Below are positions 18,968-29,405 of a stretch of 64,000 nucleotides of DNA, piece by piece; position 1 is the first letter of the stretch; the number at the start of each line of letters is the position of its first letter. A program made the position numbers and the translations under genes. The stretch covers positions 361,164 through 425,163 of the forward strand of contig OZ244920.1 of NCBI GenBank assembly GCA_965221875.1. Reading direction: 5' to 3'. Origin of the DNA: Thermodesulfobacteriota bacterium (GTDB lineage Bacteria > Desulfobacterota_D > UBA1144 > Nemesobacterales > Nemesobacteraceae). A model generated the notes under the pieces. That model did not search any database and was not told where the DNA came from. It saw only the letters and a program-made list of their open reading frames with translations.

Positions 18968-20893
18968 GAGGCATTTGCGTAGTAAAGGATATGCCTGCAG
19001 GGCAAGGGGTTTGGGATGGGCAAAAATATTTCTTACCCCAGAATTTCTACCAAAACCCTCGAAAACCGCCTGATTCTCTCCAGAAACCACAAATTTCACC
19101 CCAAGACCAAACAGATTGAAACTAATGCGGGGGCAAGTAACTTACTGATATTACTTGATTTAATGTCGCCATGGGTTAGAATTAATGGTGACAGCCAAAT
19201 TCACTTTCCCGGAGGAAAAAACCCATGGCGACACAATCTAATCTACCTTTTTGCTGGAACCAAGTCGACAAACTCTCCGACCTCAGACGTCTCGAACTTG
19301 TTCTAGATGCATTGCCTGATGATGAAATCATTCACGCTCTTTTGGCAATGCGCGGAAACGGCCGTAACGAATACCCGGTGGCGGCGATGTGGAGGGCGCT
19401 TATTGCTGGCATAGTCTTCCAGCACGCCTCCATAGAATCACTCATACGGGAACTTGACCGTAACTCATCACTGCTTGAGATGTGCGGGTTTTGCCCCGTA
19501 CCCCTGCAAAGCCGTACCAGGTACGAAATTGAACCGAGTGAAGGCATAGCCGGGGTGATAGCCATAGATTCCCCTCCCCGCACTCCCGCTCCCAAAAGCT
19601 CTGCCTTCTCCCGGTTCCTCTCAAACATAGTAAAGCTTGAACAACAGCGGGGGCTTATCTCAAAGATGATTGACACAATGAGGGAAGAGCTGATGGAACT
19701 GCTGCCTGACTTCGGTGAGAACCTGGGTTATGACGGCAAGGCCGTAGAAAGCCACTCCACGGGAAAGGAGAATCGCAGGACAGGGGAGACTTCAGACCCT
19801 GGGGCTGACTGGGGAAAACACGAAACCAAAGGCGTTGATTCAAACGGCAAGGCGTGGAAGAAGATAAAAACATGGTTTGGTTACGGATTGCATATCATAG
19901 CCGACACCAGGTACGAGATACCGGTTGCCTTCAGTTTGACCAAGGCGTCTGTTTCGGAAGTGAAGGAACTTGACCGCATGACAGATCTGTTGTTTGGAAA
20001 AGCCCCGGAGTTAAAAAACAGATGCAGATACTTCAGCGCTGACAAGGGGCTTGACAGCGGTGCTTTGAAGAAGAAATTCTGGGATGATTATGAAACTCGT
20101 CCCATTATAGACATAAGAGAACTTTGGAGAGAGGAGAAGCAGGGACAGAGCTATGTTTGCGGACAGAAGATCATGAGACCTCTTGGGAGTGTTCACGACA
20201 ATATCTTCTATACGGAGAAGGGACAGATATGGTGTCGGTGTCCTGTAAGCGGAGAAGAGCGCAAGATGGTATTCAGTGGGTTTGAACCCGGTAGATGCAG
20301 TTTGAAGTTCCGCTGTCCGGCGGCAGTGCTTGGTCTTCACTGCAAAGGGTGGGAGAAGTGTCACAGGGATGCGCAATGCGAGACAAACGGTTACGGCAGG
20401 GTCGTACGCGTGCCTCTTGAGAAGGACCGTCGTATATTTACTCCAACGCCGCGGTGCAGTACATCATGGAAACGGGCTTACAGGCGCAGAAGCGCCATAG
20501 AGCGTATCAACTCCAGAATCGATAACAGTTTCGGGTTCGAAAAACACTTTATCAGGGGCAAGGCGAAGATGACCACCCGGGTGGGGCTGGCTTTGGCGGT
20601 GATGATGGCCCTTGCAGTTGGTCACATAAAAGCTGGGAGGCCTGAGTGTATGAGGTCTCTTGTGGGTGGGGGTTGGGCTAGGGCTGGATAACATCCCGGT
20701 GATTCAGTAAAACAATTTAAACAGTAGTTAACCCAGAAGGGAAAGTTGCGTCCGCGGCTGATCGGGAGAGGTGAATCGGAGGCGGATTACGTCTGAATCG
20801 GGCAGTATGGCCATCTGAGTGCCGGAATACGTCTCGCCGCCGCTCTCGTTCCAGAAACCTGAACCCTGAAAATCGTTACAGCGCAAATGCCAC
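18968..20893 (+). mobile_element. IS element, copy 1 of 3 identical (1,926 bp; DUF772 plus DDE_Tnp_1 transposase; IS5/IS1182-like)
   Basis: Exact repeat of 37760..39685 and 46366..48291; imperfect terminal IRs (GAGGCATTTGCG / CGCAAATGCCAC); flanked by a 5-bp direct repeat ttccc. Confidence 0.9.
19225..20691 (+). CDS. DDE transposase (N-terminal DUF772-like, C-terminal DDE_Tnp_1)
   Basis: 488 aa; GRNEYPVAAMWRALIAGIVFQHASIESLIREL (DUF772-like) and YRRRSAIERINSRID (Y-2-R-3-E motif). Confidence 0.9.
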   Translation: MATQSNLPFCWNQVDKLSDLRRLELVLDALPDDEIIHALLAMRGNGRNEYPVAAMWRALIAGIVFQHASIESLIRELDRNSSLLEMCGFCPVPLQSRTRYEIEPSEGIAGVIAIDSPPRTPAPKSSAFSRFLSNIVKLEQQRGLISKMIDTMREELMELLPDFGENLGYDGKAVESHSTGKENRRTGETSDPGADWGKHETKGVDSNGKAWKKIKTWFGYGLHIIADTRYEIPVAFSLTKASVSEVKELDRMTDLLFGKAPELKNRCRYFSADKGLDSGALKKKFWDDYETRPIIDIRELWREEKQGQSYVCGQKIMRPLGSVHDNIFYTEKGQIWCRCPVSGEERKMVFSGFEPGRCSLKFRCPAAVLGLHCKGWEKCHRDAQCETNGYGRVVRVPLEKDRRIFTPTPRCSTSWKRAYRRRSAIERINSRIDNSFGFEKHFIRGKAKMTTRVGLALAVMMALAVGHIKAGRPECMRSLVGGGWARAG

Positions 20894-20947
20894 TTCCCTG
20901 TTTTCCCTTGACCTTCAAATCCTTACGTGTTATTCTGACCCCCCACT

Positions 20948-21097
20948 ATGAAAAGGACTTATCAACCGCACGTAAAAAAGAGGCTCAGAACACACGGCTT
21001 CCGCGCCAGGCTGAGCACAAGGGGAGGCAGGAGCATACTCAGGAGAAGAACTGCCAAGGGAAGATACGTTCTCACGGTTGGGAGATGGAAAAAGTAG
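20948..21097 (+). CDS. rpmH: 50S ribosomal protein L34
   Basis: Translated by hand: [49 protein letters not shown]; too short to appear in the ORF track. Confidence 0.85.
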   Translation: MKRTYQPHVKKRLRTHGFRARLSTRGGRSILRRRTAKGRYVLTVGRWKK

Positions 21098-21444
21098 CGT
21101 TTGAGTCCGACAGCTCGTTTCCCGCAAAATTCAAGATAAAAACATCCCGCGACTTTCGCAACATATTCTTAGAAGGCACTAAGACCCACTCGGAAAACTT
21201 CATACTCTATGCAAAGCCCAACTCTCTTGGGTTTCCCCGCTTGGGAGTGTCCGTGGGCAAAAAAGCGTCGGCAAGTTCCGTCAGAAGAAACAGAATGAAA
21301 AGGGTGCTGAGGGAAGTTTTCAGGAGGAACAAGCCCGCGTTTTTCTCAAACGACGTGGTGTTTGTAATAAAGAATGACGTGTCGGGCAAGAAGTTCTCTA
21401 AGCTTTACTCGGAGATAAAAAAACTCGCAGGTCGCATCAAATGA
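21085..21444 (+). CDS. rnpA: ribonuclease P protein component
   Basis: ...[26 protein letters not shown]... RnpA signature; start overlaps the rpmH end. Confidence 0.8.
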   Translation: MEKVAFESDSSFPAKFKIKTSRDFRNIFLEGTKTHSENFILYAKPNSLGFPRLGVSVGKKASASSVRRNRMKRVLREVFRRNKPAFFSNDVVFVIKNDVSGKKFSKLYSEIKKLAGRIK

Positions 21445-21692
21445 AAGAAAACCCCGCGGTCAGATTCCTTGTTTTTCTGGTAAGGAGCTACCAGAGAACC
21501 ATTTCTCCCCTGCTCCCCCAAACCTGCAGGTTCTACCCCAGTTGCTCTGCGTACTCAATTGAAGCCCTCAGGGAACACGGAGCTTTCAGGGGAATCTGGA
21601 TGACCCTCAGAAGAATACTGCAATGTCATCCGCTAAGCGCGGGGGGATATGACCCCGTAAAGAAAAAAAGCGATAAGCAGGCGAAAAGGTGA
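21441..21692 (+). CDS. yidD: membrane protein insertion efficiency factor
   Basis: [18 protein letters not shown] motif. Confidence 0.85.
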   Translation: MKENPAVRFLVFLVRSYQRTISPLLPQTCRFYPSCSAYSIEALREHGAFRGIWMTLRRILQCHPLSAGGYDPVKKKSDKQAKR

Positions 21693-21870
21693 ACAAAAAT
21701 TCTCTATTCCTATTAAAACTTATCGTGTATCATTGCTCCCATGAATTTTTACTCTTTGCTTTCCTGCTACATGCTAGAACTACGCACAGAAAACGGGAGC
21801 AGTCTCACAGGTGTCTCGCAGAAATCACTATAGCGCCCCACATCCTCAATAAAGCCCTAAGAAACAACAC

Positions 21871-23538
21871 ATGAACAGCGACCTCAAGAAAAACTACATT
21901 TTATTTCTGGTATTGTCGGTACTGGTAATCGTCGGTTACTCGGCGTTTTTCACAGAAGCCCCCAAGGAAAAGCAGCCCTCAAAAATAGATCGGCCCGCAT
22001 CGGCGCCCGCCACCGCAGGGGGTCTTTCCGGAGAACCAGATTCCCCACAGGGACTTCCCGCGGAATTTGAACCAGTAAAATCTTCCTACGCTTCCAAGAT
22101 CATAAAAGTCAGATCCGACCTTTATGTTGCCGAGATAGACACTCTCGGAGGAAAAATTGTCGGCTGGGAGCTTCTGGGATACAACAAGACGGTCGAGATG
22201 GACTCGGTGCCTGTGGCGGTGATAGGTGAAGAGAAAAAGTCATTTGACACCATACTGAGAGTCAAAAACAAAAAAATGCCGGAACTCATCCCGTTTTCCT
22301 ATAAGGGAAGCACGAACCTAGTCGTGGGTTCCGAGGGACTTGACGTGAATCTGGTCTGGAGAAAACCAGGCGGGCTTACGGTGCGCAAAACCATCTCCTT
22401 TTACCCAGGTGAATATTTCATCAAGGAGAATCTGGAGGTTCTAAACGGGACGCGGAGTCAGATAAACCAGAAAGTTTACGTCACTTGGGAAAATACGGTA
22501 TACGAAAGCGGTTCAAACAGCCTCTACGAGTTTGTCTCCATGGTCGGCGGCGAGGTCAAGCGAACCAAGAAACCCCTTAAAGAAACCAAGACGTACAACG
22601 GAGAAACAAACTGGTTCGGTTTCGGCAACAAGTACTTTTTCAGCGCGTTTCTGCCGGAAATAGGAGGAGACAGGGGACTTTACCTGCAGCCCCTTGACGA
22701 AAAAGGTCTTGCCGGAGCAGGCTTTTCCTATCCGGAGCAGAGAACAGCCGCAGGGAAAAGCTACAAGGTTGGATGGAAATCATATTTCGGTCCGAAAAAC
22801 GAACCGGACCTGATGGAAGCCGGGTACAAGCTTGAGAAGTCGATTGACTACGGCTATGCGGGAATACTTACCAAGATCGCCGTCGCGGCTCTTAAGTTTG
22901 TTAACAACTTTTTTAGCAATTATGGAATCTCCATAATAGTGCTCACGATCCTTCTCAGAGTGGTATTCTTCCCCCTTACCGTGAAAAGCATGAAATCGAT
23001 GAAAGCCGTGCAGAACAAGATGAAGAAGCTGAAACCTGAAATCGATGCTCTGAAAGAAAAATACAAGGACGACAAATCGACTCAGCAGGCAGAGATGATG
23101 AAGCTTTACACAAGCAACAACATAAACCCCCTCAGCAGTCTCGGGGGGTGTCTTCCCATGCTCATACAGCTTCCCGTGTTCATAGCTCTTTATTTTGCGC
23201 TTCTGTATTCGATAGATCTAAGACACAGCTCGTTTCTCTGGGTAAACGACCTATCCCAGCCCGAACACCTGTTTGACGTGCTGGGAATACCGTTTCGGGT
23301 GCTGCCCCTTTTGATGGGTGTCTCATGGTTTCTCTCGCAGAAACTTACCCCCATGACTACTCCGGGAAGCGAGGCGATGGAAATGCAGATGAAACTCATG
23401 CAGTTTATGCCTATAATTTTTACCGTAATGTTCTGGGGCCTGCCTTCCGGTCTTATACTTTACTGGACCGTAAGCAACATTCTCTCCGTCGGTCAGCAGC
23501 TTTACATCAATCGACAGGTTCCGGAAGAAGGAGGATAA
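21871..23538 (+). CDS. yidC: membrane protein insertase YidC
   Basis: 555 aa; periplasmic domain followed by the conserved 5-TM core; sits in the rpmH-rnpA-yidD-yidC-jag context. Confidence 0.9.
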   Translation: MNSDLKKNYILFLVLSVLVIVGYSAFFTEAPKEKQPSKIDRPASAPATAGGLSGEPDSPQGLPAEFEPVKSSYASKIIKVRSDLYVAEIDTLGGKIVGWELLGYNKTVEMDSVPVAVIGEEKKSFDTILRVKNKKMPELIPFSYKGSTNLVVGSEGLDVNLVWRKPGGLTVRKTISFYPGEYFIKENLEVLNGTRSQINQKVYVTWENTVYESGSNSLYEFVSMVGGEVKRTKKPLKETKTYNGETNWFGFGNKYFFSAFLPEIGGDRGLYLQPLDEKGLAGAGFSYPEQRTAAGKSYKVGWKSYFGPKNEPDLMEAGYKLEKSIDYGYAGILTKIAVAALKFVNNFFSNYGISIIVLTILLRVVFFPLTVKSMKSMKAVQNKMKKLKPEIDALKEKYKDDKSTQQAEMMKLYTSNNINPLSSLGGCLPMLIQLPVFIALYFALLYSIDLRHSSFLWVNDLSQPEHLFDVLGIPFRVLPLLMGVSWFLSQKLTPMTTPGSEAMEMQMKLMQFMPIIFTVMFWGLPSGLILYWTVSNILSVGQQLYINRQVPEEGG

Positions 23539-23540
23539 CG

Positions 23541-24191
23541 ATGGCCAACGTAATAGAAAAGGAAGGAAAAACCATTTCCGAAGCCGTAGTAAACGCCTGT
23601 GAGGAACTCGGAGTCTCAAAAGACGAAGTAGAAATCGAAGTTATAAGGGAAGACTCCAAGGGTGTTTTGGGCATAGGAAGCAAAAACGCCATAGTGAGGG
23701 TGGAGATAAAAACTGGCGGGTTGAGCGAGAAGGCGTTCCGGGCGAAAAAAATTCTTGAAACCCTGTTAGGTTTTCTGTTCTCAGCCCCGCAGAGCGTAAA
23801 GACCGAAGAGACCGAAAACAGGATAATACTTGAAGTTTGGCCCGTCAAAGACAAGAAATTCCTCATAGGGAGAAACGGGGAAGTGGTAAAATCCCTTGAG
23901 TATATAGTAGGGAAAATAGCTTCGAAAAACAGCGACGAGGGGAAAAGCAAGCGAGTCGCAATAAACATCGGCGGGCACGATGGAAAGAAAAAGAACACCG
24001 ACGTGCCGAGAAAAGTCGCGGAGACCGTACAGAAAGTAAAAGAGAGCGGAAATTCCCACTCAATCGAGCGGCTTTCATCCTACGAAAGGAAAATGGCCTA
24101 CATAGAACTCAAGAAGCAGGATGACATAAAATACGAGACGGTTCCAAGTAAGGGCAACTCGAAAAAAATCGTCGTCAGTCCTCAGGCCTGA
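23541..24191 (+). CDS. jag: Jag/SpoIIIJ-associated KH-R3H RNA-binding protein
   Basis: Start at the MANVIEKEGK ATG with GGAGGA SD; KH and R3H-like segments; the ORF-track start at 23325 overlaps yidC. Confidence 0.7.
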   Translation: MANVIEKEGKTISEAVVNACEELGVSKDEVEIEVIREDSKGVLGIGSKNAIVRVEIKTGGLSEKAFRAKKILETLLGFLFSAPQSVKTEETENRIILEVWPVKDKKFLIGRNGEVVKSLEYIVGKIASKNSDEGKSKRVAINIGGHDGKKKNTDVPRKVAETVQKVKESGNSHSIERLSSYERKMAYIELKKQDDIKYETVPSKGNSKKIVVSPQA

Positions 24192-24193
24192 AC

Positions 24194-24658
24194 TCAGGAG
24201 TCCCTAAGTACCCTGAAAAAAACCTCAAGAATATGCGCACACTGCTCACCGCAGACTCCCCCCGAGAATTCCACCTGATGATTGAGTTCCCCTCCTGCGC
24301 CGATTCCGAAGTTGCTTACGAGCGCCCCGCCCTTGGGGTCGGGAGCGCCGAACACCACCCTGTCTATTCTCGCGTTAACTATGGCTCCCATGCACATGGC
24401 GCAGGGCTCGAGAGTGACATAGATAGAAGTACCGGAAAGTCTCCAGTTTCCAATAACTTCGCACGCGCGGCGTATAGCCAGAATCTCGGCGTGGGCAGTA
24501 GCGTCCGAAGTTGACTCCCTCAGGTTATGGGCAACTGAAATTACGGTGCCGGCCGCATCAACTATGACCGCCCCGACCGGAACCTCGCCTTCCGAGGCAG
24601 CCCGCTCGGCCTCCCTGATAGCCAAGGCCATAATGCTTTCGTCAGACTGCCCTGCCAC
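24194..24658 (-). CDS. tadA: tRNA-specific adenosine deaminase
   Basis: HAEILAIR...LEPCAMC zinc-deaminase motifs. Confidence 0.85.
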   Translation of the reverse strand: MAGQSDESIMALAIREAERAASEGEVPVGAVIVDAAGTVISVAHNLRESTSDATAHAEILAIRRACEVIGNWRLSGTSIYVTLEPCAMCMGAIVNARIDRVVFGAPDPKGGALVSNFGIGAGGELNHQVEFSGGVCGEQCAHILEVFFRVLRDS

Positions 24659-24679
24659 GGATAACGGATAAAAGAAAAA

Positions 24680-26401
24680 TTACTTTCTGGCGCTGAACTT
24701 GAGACCCGTTTCTTTTCTGTCCCAGGTATTGTCGGTGATTTCCTTTATTTCGGCGACCTTGACCTTCTGAGTAGCGGTTACCGGAAATCCATCCTCGTAA
24801 ACCTCTATGAACCTAGGCACCATGGCCACTATAACCCTCTCGGCCATCCATTTGGAGAACTCAATCGGATCGAATTCCTCTCCCGCCTTGAGCGTAACGC
24901 AGAGCTTGATCTCGTCATCCGAAACGTTCGGGAGCCTTATACCGACCGCAATGGCTTCCTGAATCGCGGGATATTGCATCGCCTCGTCCCCGACTGCTAC
25001 CGGATCTACGTTTTCGCCTGAAACCCTGATACGGCTGAATCTTCCGACAAAATAGTATCTCCCATCGATACCTCTGGCGAAGAGATCGTCCGAATTGAAG
25101 AAGCCTTCATCGTCAAAGGCCTCCCTAGTTCTTCTCTCATCCTTGAAATATTCATTCAGGGTCGTATGCGGAACAAGAGGCTTTACGAAAAGAAGTCCCT
25201 TGGCGTCGTCGGGAGGAGTAATGTCATCGGTTGAATCCCAAAACGGTCTTACCACCGTATCGATGTCTTCGGGATTTCTCAGCTCGACGTAATATCCCTC
25301 CATGGGGAAACCGGACGAACCCGGACGGTGATCCTCGGGGTCTTTCCAGAGAACCATGCCCATCTCGGTCGAACCGTATCCGTCTATTACCCTGACCCCG
25401 AACCTCTCCTGAAATTCCTTTAGGTTCCTCGGAGCGGGAGAGCCCAACAATATCCTTATGTTGTGCTTCTGATCCCACTCGCTCTCAGGCGCGGCCCACA
25501 GATATTCGGCTACTGCTCCCAGCATGTTAACGCATGTCGCGCCGCATCCGGCCGCCCATTTCCAGAAATTGGAAGCTGAGAACCTTGGGAAAAACACGGC
25601 AGTCGCACCGGCCGCCATGGCACTGAAAAGACACATTACTTGAGCATTCGCGTGACCAAGGGAAAGTATGCTCATGAGCACGTCATCGCTCCTTATCCCC
25701 TGCTGCTGCAGATAAGAGCGAACCGTCATGATCACTCCCCCGTGATCTCTGGCAACCCCTTTCGGCATCCCCGTGGTGCCGGACGTGAACATGCACCTCT
25801 CCATGTCGGCAGTGGTAACGCCCACCCCGGGATTGGTATCGTCATAATCATTAAATTCCGAAAAAGGAAGCGCCTTTATGCCTCCGATTGTTTCAGGAGG
25901 GCTATCAACTGTTACGAAAACCACTTCAAGATGTTCAAGGCTGTCGCCGATTTCTTCTATAAAAGGAATGCTCCCCTCGTCAATGATAAGGGCTCTCATG
26001 TCCGAGTAGTTGATTACGTAAGCGAGCCTTTCCCCTTTCTCGTCCTTGTTTACCGGAACCTGAACCCCACCGCACTTGTGTATGGCGATAATAGATATCA
26101 CGTGCTCAGAACAGTTGAGCATGTACATGCCGACCTTGTCCCCTTTATTTATTCCAAACCCTTGGGCAAGACCGTTTGCTACCCTGTTGGCCCACGCGTT
26201 GGTTTCTGCGTAAGTGTAGCTCTCGACGATGTTTCCGTCCCTATCTCCGACCTTGAACATTGCCTTGTCGGGAAACATCTCGGCACCTTTCTCAAGATTT
26301 GTGGTTATCGGTTCCCACTGCGAAGTGTCTTCAAATTTACCGAAGGGAAGATCTCCGCTTCCTAGATATACGCCATCGCGCGGTTTGAATAATAATTGCA
26401 T
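24680..26401 (-). CDS. AMP-dependent acyl-CoA synthetase/ligase
   Basis: FTSGTTGMPKGV AMP-binding motif; 573 aa. Confidence 0.8.
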   Translation of the reverse strand: MQLLFKPRDGVYLGSGDLPFGKFEDTSQWEPITTNLEKGAEMFPDKAMFKVGDRDGNIVESYTYAETNAWANRVANGLAQGFGINKGDKVGMYMLNCSEHVISIIAIHKCGGVQVPVNKDEKGERLAYVINYSDMRALIIDEGSIPFIEEIGDSLEHLEVVFVTVDSPPETIGGIKALPFSEFNDYDDTNPGVGVTTADMERCMFTSGTTGMPKGVARDHGGVIMTVRSYLQQQGIRSDDVLMSILSLGHANAQVMCLFSAMAAGATAVFFPRFSASNFWKWAAGCGATCVNMLGAVAEYLWAAPESEWDQKHNIRILLGSPAPRNLKEFQERFGVRVIDGYGSTEMGMVLWKDPEDHRPGSSGFPMEGYYVELRNPEDIDTVVRPFWDSTDDITPPDDAKGLLFVKPLVPHTTLNEYFKDERRTREAFDDEGFFNSDDLFARGIDGRYYFVGRFSRIRVSGENVDPVAVGDEAMQYPAIQEAIAVGIRLPNVSDDEIKLCVTLKAGEEFDPIEFSKWMAERVIVAMVPRFIEVYEDGFPVTATQKVKVAEIKEITDNTWDRKETGLKFSARK

Positions 26402-26569
26402 TTACTGTAACCTCCTGAACTGTCTTATAGTGCTTGGAAATGAAAAGGCACTGTAAAAATCCACACTATTATAGGTTAATCGGTGCTTCATTGCAAACCC
26501 TAGTATTTTCACGGTTCCTGAAAATCTCCTCAACCTGCCGTATGCGGCCTGAATCCCGCTTCTGACCTT

Positions 26570-27532
26570 ATGGAAATTTGGAATCTGCTGATTTTTGCCG
26601 CGAGTTTCGCTCTTCTCTGGAAAGGTGCCGACTTTCTCGTTAAAGGCGCCTCCGGGATTGCCAAAGTTGCCGGCATGGGCACTTTCTTCGCCGGTTTTAT
26701 AGTGGTGGCGTTCGGAACGTCAGTTCCTGAGTTCGTAGTCTGCCTAGTTGCAGTCATAGAGGGTTCAAGTGACATAGCGGTCGGAAACATGGTCGGGAGC
26801 AATATCGCCAACGTCGGTCTTATTTTCGGCCTGACAGTCCTTATAAGTCCCATAGTGATAAGCAGGAAAGCATGGAAAGAACAGAAACTCCCGCTTCTGT
26901 TCTTGATGCTCATCACTTTTGCCACTTACGGTCTCAGTCGCACCGGGTTCTCCCTCGGACGAGGCGAAGGAGTGCTTCTGTTTCTTCTGCTTGGCGTCCT
27001 TTTGTTTCTACCCTACGGAAAATCCACAGAAGAAAACGAGACCTTTACCGCATCGCAAGAGGGCAGCGGGTGGAAACTTCTCCTTTATGTGGTCTCGGGT
27101 TCAGTGCTTCTGGCGGGTAGCGCGCACTTTCTGGTCAGTAGCGCTGTAGAAATTGCCACACAAATTGGGATAAGCGAGCTGTTCATAGGTGTAACGGCAA
27201 TCGCCCTCGGAACTTCGCTTCCGGAACTTGCCGCTTCGCTCGTGGCCGCTTGGAGAAAGGAACAGAGCATAGTTGTTGGCAACATCATAGGAAGCAACTT
27301 CTTTAACCTCGGGTATCTGGGTCTCGTTGCGCTTATCCGTCCCGTAGACGTAAACCCGAAGATGTTTGGAACCTCTTCTGAATTCACATTTTTTATACTG
27401 CTTACAATTCTTTTCGCTTTGCTAGTCGGAAAAACCCAAATTAGTGAAAATAGGGTTGGAAAAGAGAAAGGCACTCTTCTGCTTATCGTTTACGCGGCGT
27501 TTCTCTATTTTGTCTCAAGCTCACTTCCTTGA
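26570..27532 (+). CDS. Ca2+/cation antiporter, CaCA family (YrbG-like)
   Basis: Two alpha-repeat motifs (GTSVPE...GNMVGSNIANVGL and GTSLPELAASL...GNIIGSNFFNLG). Confidence 0.8.
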   Translation: MEIWNLLIFAASFALLWKGADFLVKGASGIAKVAGMGTFFAGFIVVAFGTSVPEFVVCLVAVIEGSSDIAVGNMVGSNIANVGLIFGLTVLISPIVISRKAWKEQKLPLLFLMLITFATYGLSRTGFSLGRGEGVLLFLLLGVLLFLPYGKSTEENETFTASQEGSGWKLLLYVVSGSVLLAGSAHFLVSSAVEIATQIGISELFIGVTAIALGTSLPELAASLVAAWRKEQSIVVGNIIGSNFFNLGYLGLVALIRPVDVNPKMFGTSSEFTFFILLTILFALLVGKTQISENRVGKEKGTLLLIVYAAFLYFVSSSLP

Positions 27533-29239
27533 CCTTAGCTTGAGCCCGCTTTTATGCCTATCCCAAGTGGTATCGGACATGTTCTTTAGGTCTGAAACCG
27601 AGATTTTCTGGGTTGAAGTCAGCGGAAATTCCTCGTAGACCTCAATGAACCTGGGAACCATGGCCACAATTACCTTCTCAGCCATCCACTCGCAAAACTC
27701 CACGGGGTCAAAATCCGCACCTTCCCTGAGTATCAGGTTAAGTTTGATCTCATCATCCGATATGTCGGGCAGCCTAATCCCTACGGCCACGGCTTCCCGA
27801 ACTGAAGGATGTTCCTCCGAGACGTCGGCCACCGCTACAGGATCAACGTTCTCTCCTGACACGCGTATCCTGCTGTAACGGCCCATGAAGTAGTACCTGC
27901 CGTCGGTTCCAACGGCGAACAGGTCATCCGAATTGAAAAAGCCTTGGTCGTCAAAGGCGTTTCTCGTTCTTCTCTCGTCCTTGAAATATTCATCGAGGGT
28001 AGTGTGCGGAACTAGGGGCTTTATGAAAAGAAGTCCTTTTTCCTCCTCCGCGGGAGCTTGATTCTTATCAACATCCCAGAGTTTGTCTATAATCTCGTCT
28101 GTGTTCAGAGGATCCCTTATTTCAAGATGATATCCTTCGACTGGAAATCCGCAGGAACCGGGTTTCTCGTCCTCGGGATCTTTCCAGAGCGGCATTCCCA
28201 TCTCGGTAGACCCGTAGCCTTCTACTATTTTCGTACTGAACCTTTCCTCGAACTCGCGAAGCTTTTTAGGCGCGGGCCCGGAAAGCATCATCCTTATCCC
28301 GTGCTTTGAATCCCACTCCGACGGCGGGGAAGCCCATATGTACTCTGGCACTGCTCCCAGCATGTTTGCCCCGGTCGCACCACAGCCAGCGGCCCATTTC
28401 CAGAAATTGGATGCGGAGAACCTCGGGAAGAAAACGGCCGAACCGCCAACGGCTACCGAGACGAAAAGGCACATCACCTGGGCGTTTGCGTGCCCCAGGG
28501 AAAGAACCGTCATCAAGATGTCCTCGCTTCTGAGCCCTTGTTGCTGTATAAAGGAGCGGACCGTCATTATCACTCCTCCGTGATCGCGGATAACACCCTT
28601 GGGCATCCCCGTTGTACCGGAAGTGAACATGCATCTCTCCTTGTCGGCAATCGTCACATCGACCCCGGGGTTTTCAGATGAATACTGGTCAAAAGTGGAA
28701 AAAGGAAGCGCCTTTATGCCCCCTATATCCGCCGGAACTTCCTCTGAAACAAGAAAAATCGCCTCGAGATTCTCAAGCTTGTCCGCTATTTCAGTTATGT
28801 AGGCAAGACTCTGGGTATCGACCACGAGCACCCGCATCTCGGAGTAATTTATTACATAAGCAAGCCTATCGCCTTTTTCATCCTTGTTTATCGGGACCTG
28901 GACGGCGCCCGATTTGTGAGCGGCGAGAATCGATATGACGTATTCTGAACAGTTGAGCATGTACATGCCGACCTTGTCCCCCTTTTTTATTCCGAACTCC
29001 CCGACAAGACCGTTTGCCACCCTGTTCGCCCAGGCGTTGGTTTCCCCGTAGCTGTAGCTTTCAGCTACCTTGCCGTCCGGGTCCCCGAGGCTGAACATCG
29101 TTTTTTCCGGGTAGGACACCGCCCCCGCCTCAAGATATCTGGTTATCGGAAGCCACCTGTCGGTGTCATCCAAAGGGCCGTTGGGAAGAATTCCCTTTCC
29201 TATGTATTTTTCGTCTCTAGGACGCAAAGGCAGTTTCAT
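27521..29239 (-). CDS. AMP-dependent acyl-CoA synthetase/ligase (paralog of 24680..26401)
   Basis: About 70% identical to the upstream ligase over its full length; same motifs. Confidence 0.8.
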   Translation of the reverse strand: MKLPLRPRDEKYIGKGILPNGPLDDTDRWLPITRYLEAGAVSYPEKTMFSLGDPDGKVAESYSYGETNAWANRVANGLVGEFGIKKGDKVGMYMLNCSEYVISILAAHKSGAVQVPINKDEKGDRLAYVINYSEMRVLVVDTQSLAYITEIADKLENLEAIFLVSEEVPADIGGIKALPFSTFDQYSSENPGVDVTIADKERCMFTSGTTGMPKGVIRDHGGVIMTVRSFIQQQGLRSEDILMTVLSLGHANAQVMCLFVSVAVGGSAVFFPRFSASNFWKWAAGCGATGANMLGAVPEYIWASPPSEWDSKHGIRMMLSGPAPKKLREFEERFSTKIVEGYGSTEMGMPLWKDPEDEKPGSCGFPVEGYHLEIRDPLNTDEIIDKLWDVDKNQAPAEEEKGLLFIKPLVPHTTLDEYFKDERRTRNAFDDQGFFNSDDLFAVGTDGRYYFMGRYSRIRVSGENVDPVAVADVSEEHPSVREAVAVGIRLPDISDDEIKLNLILREGADFDPVEFCEWMAEKVIVAMVPRFIEVYEEFPLTSTQKISVSDLKNMSDTTWDRHKSGLKLRSRK

Positions 29240-29405
29240 CCTCTTTCTCCTGTTAAAAATCTGCTAATCGCAAAGTTTCTGATTTTCAAATTTATCTACA
29301 ATGTATTCCGGAAAATCTTTGGGCTTTCAAAAGGACCGGAAGGCACACAACCGTGATAATTTACTACCGGAGAATTGATTTAGCAACCGCCCGTCGAACT
29401 AACTG

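Noticed and set aside
18868-19306. Small ORFs inside the IS ends (MKFVVSGENQ..., MGKNISYPRIS..., and the 83/60-aa ORFs), repeated at each IS copy
   Set aside because: They overlap the transposase leader in other frames, show no protein-like composition, and recur only because the IS is repeated. I noted them only for the in-frame read-through into trpE.
21689-21874. 61-aa ORF between yidD and yidC
   Set aside because: It lies in the short yidD-yidC spacer, has low-complexity hydrophobic and His-rich composition and no start context. It is probably non-coding.
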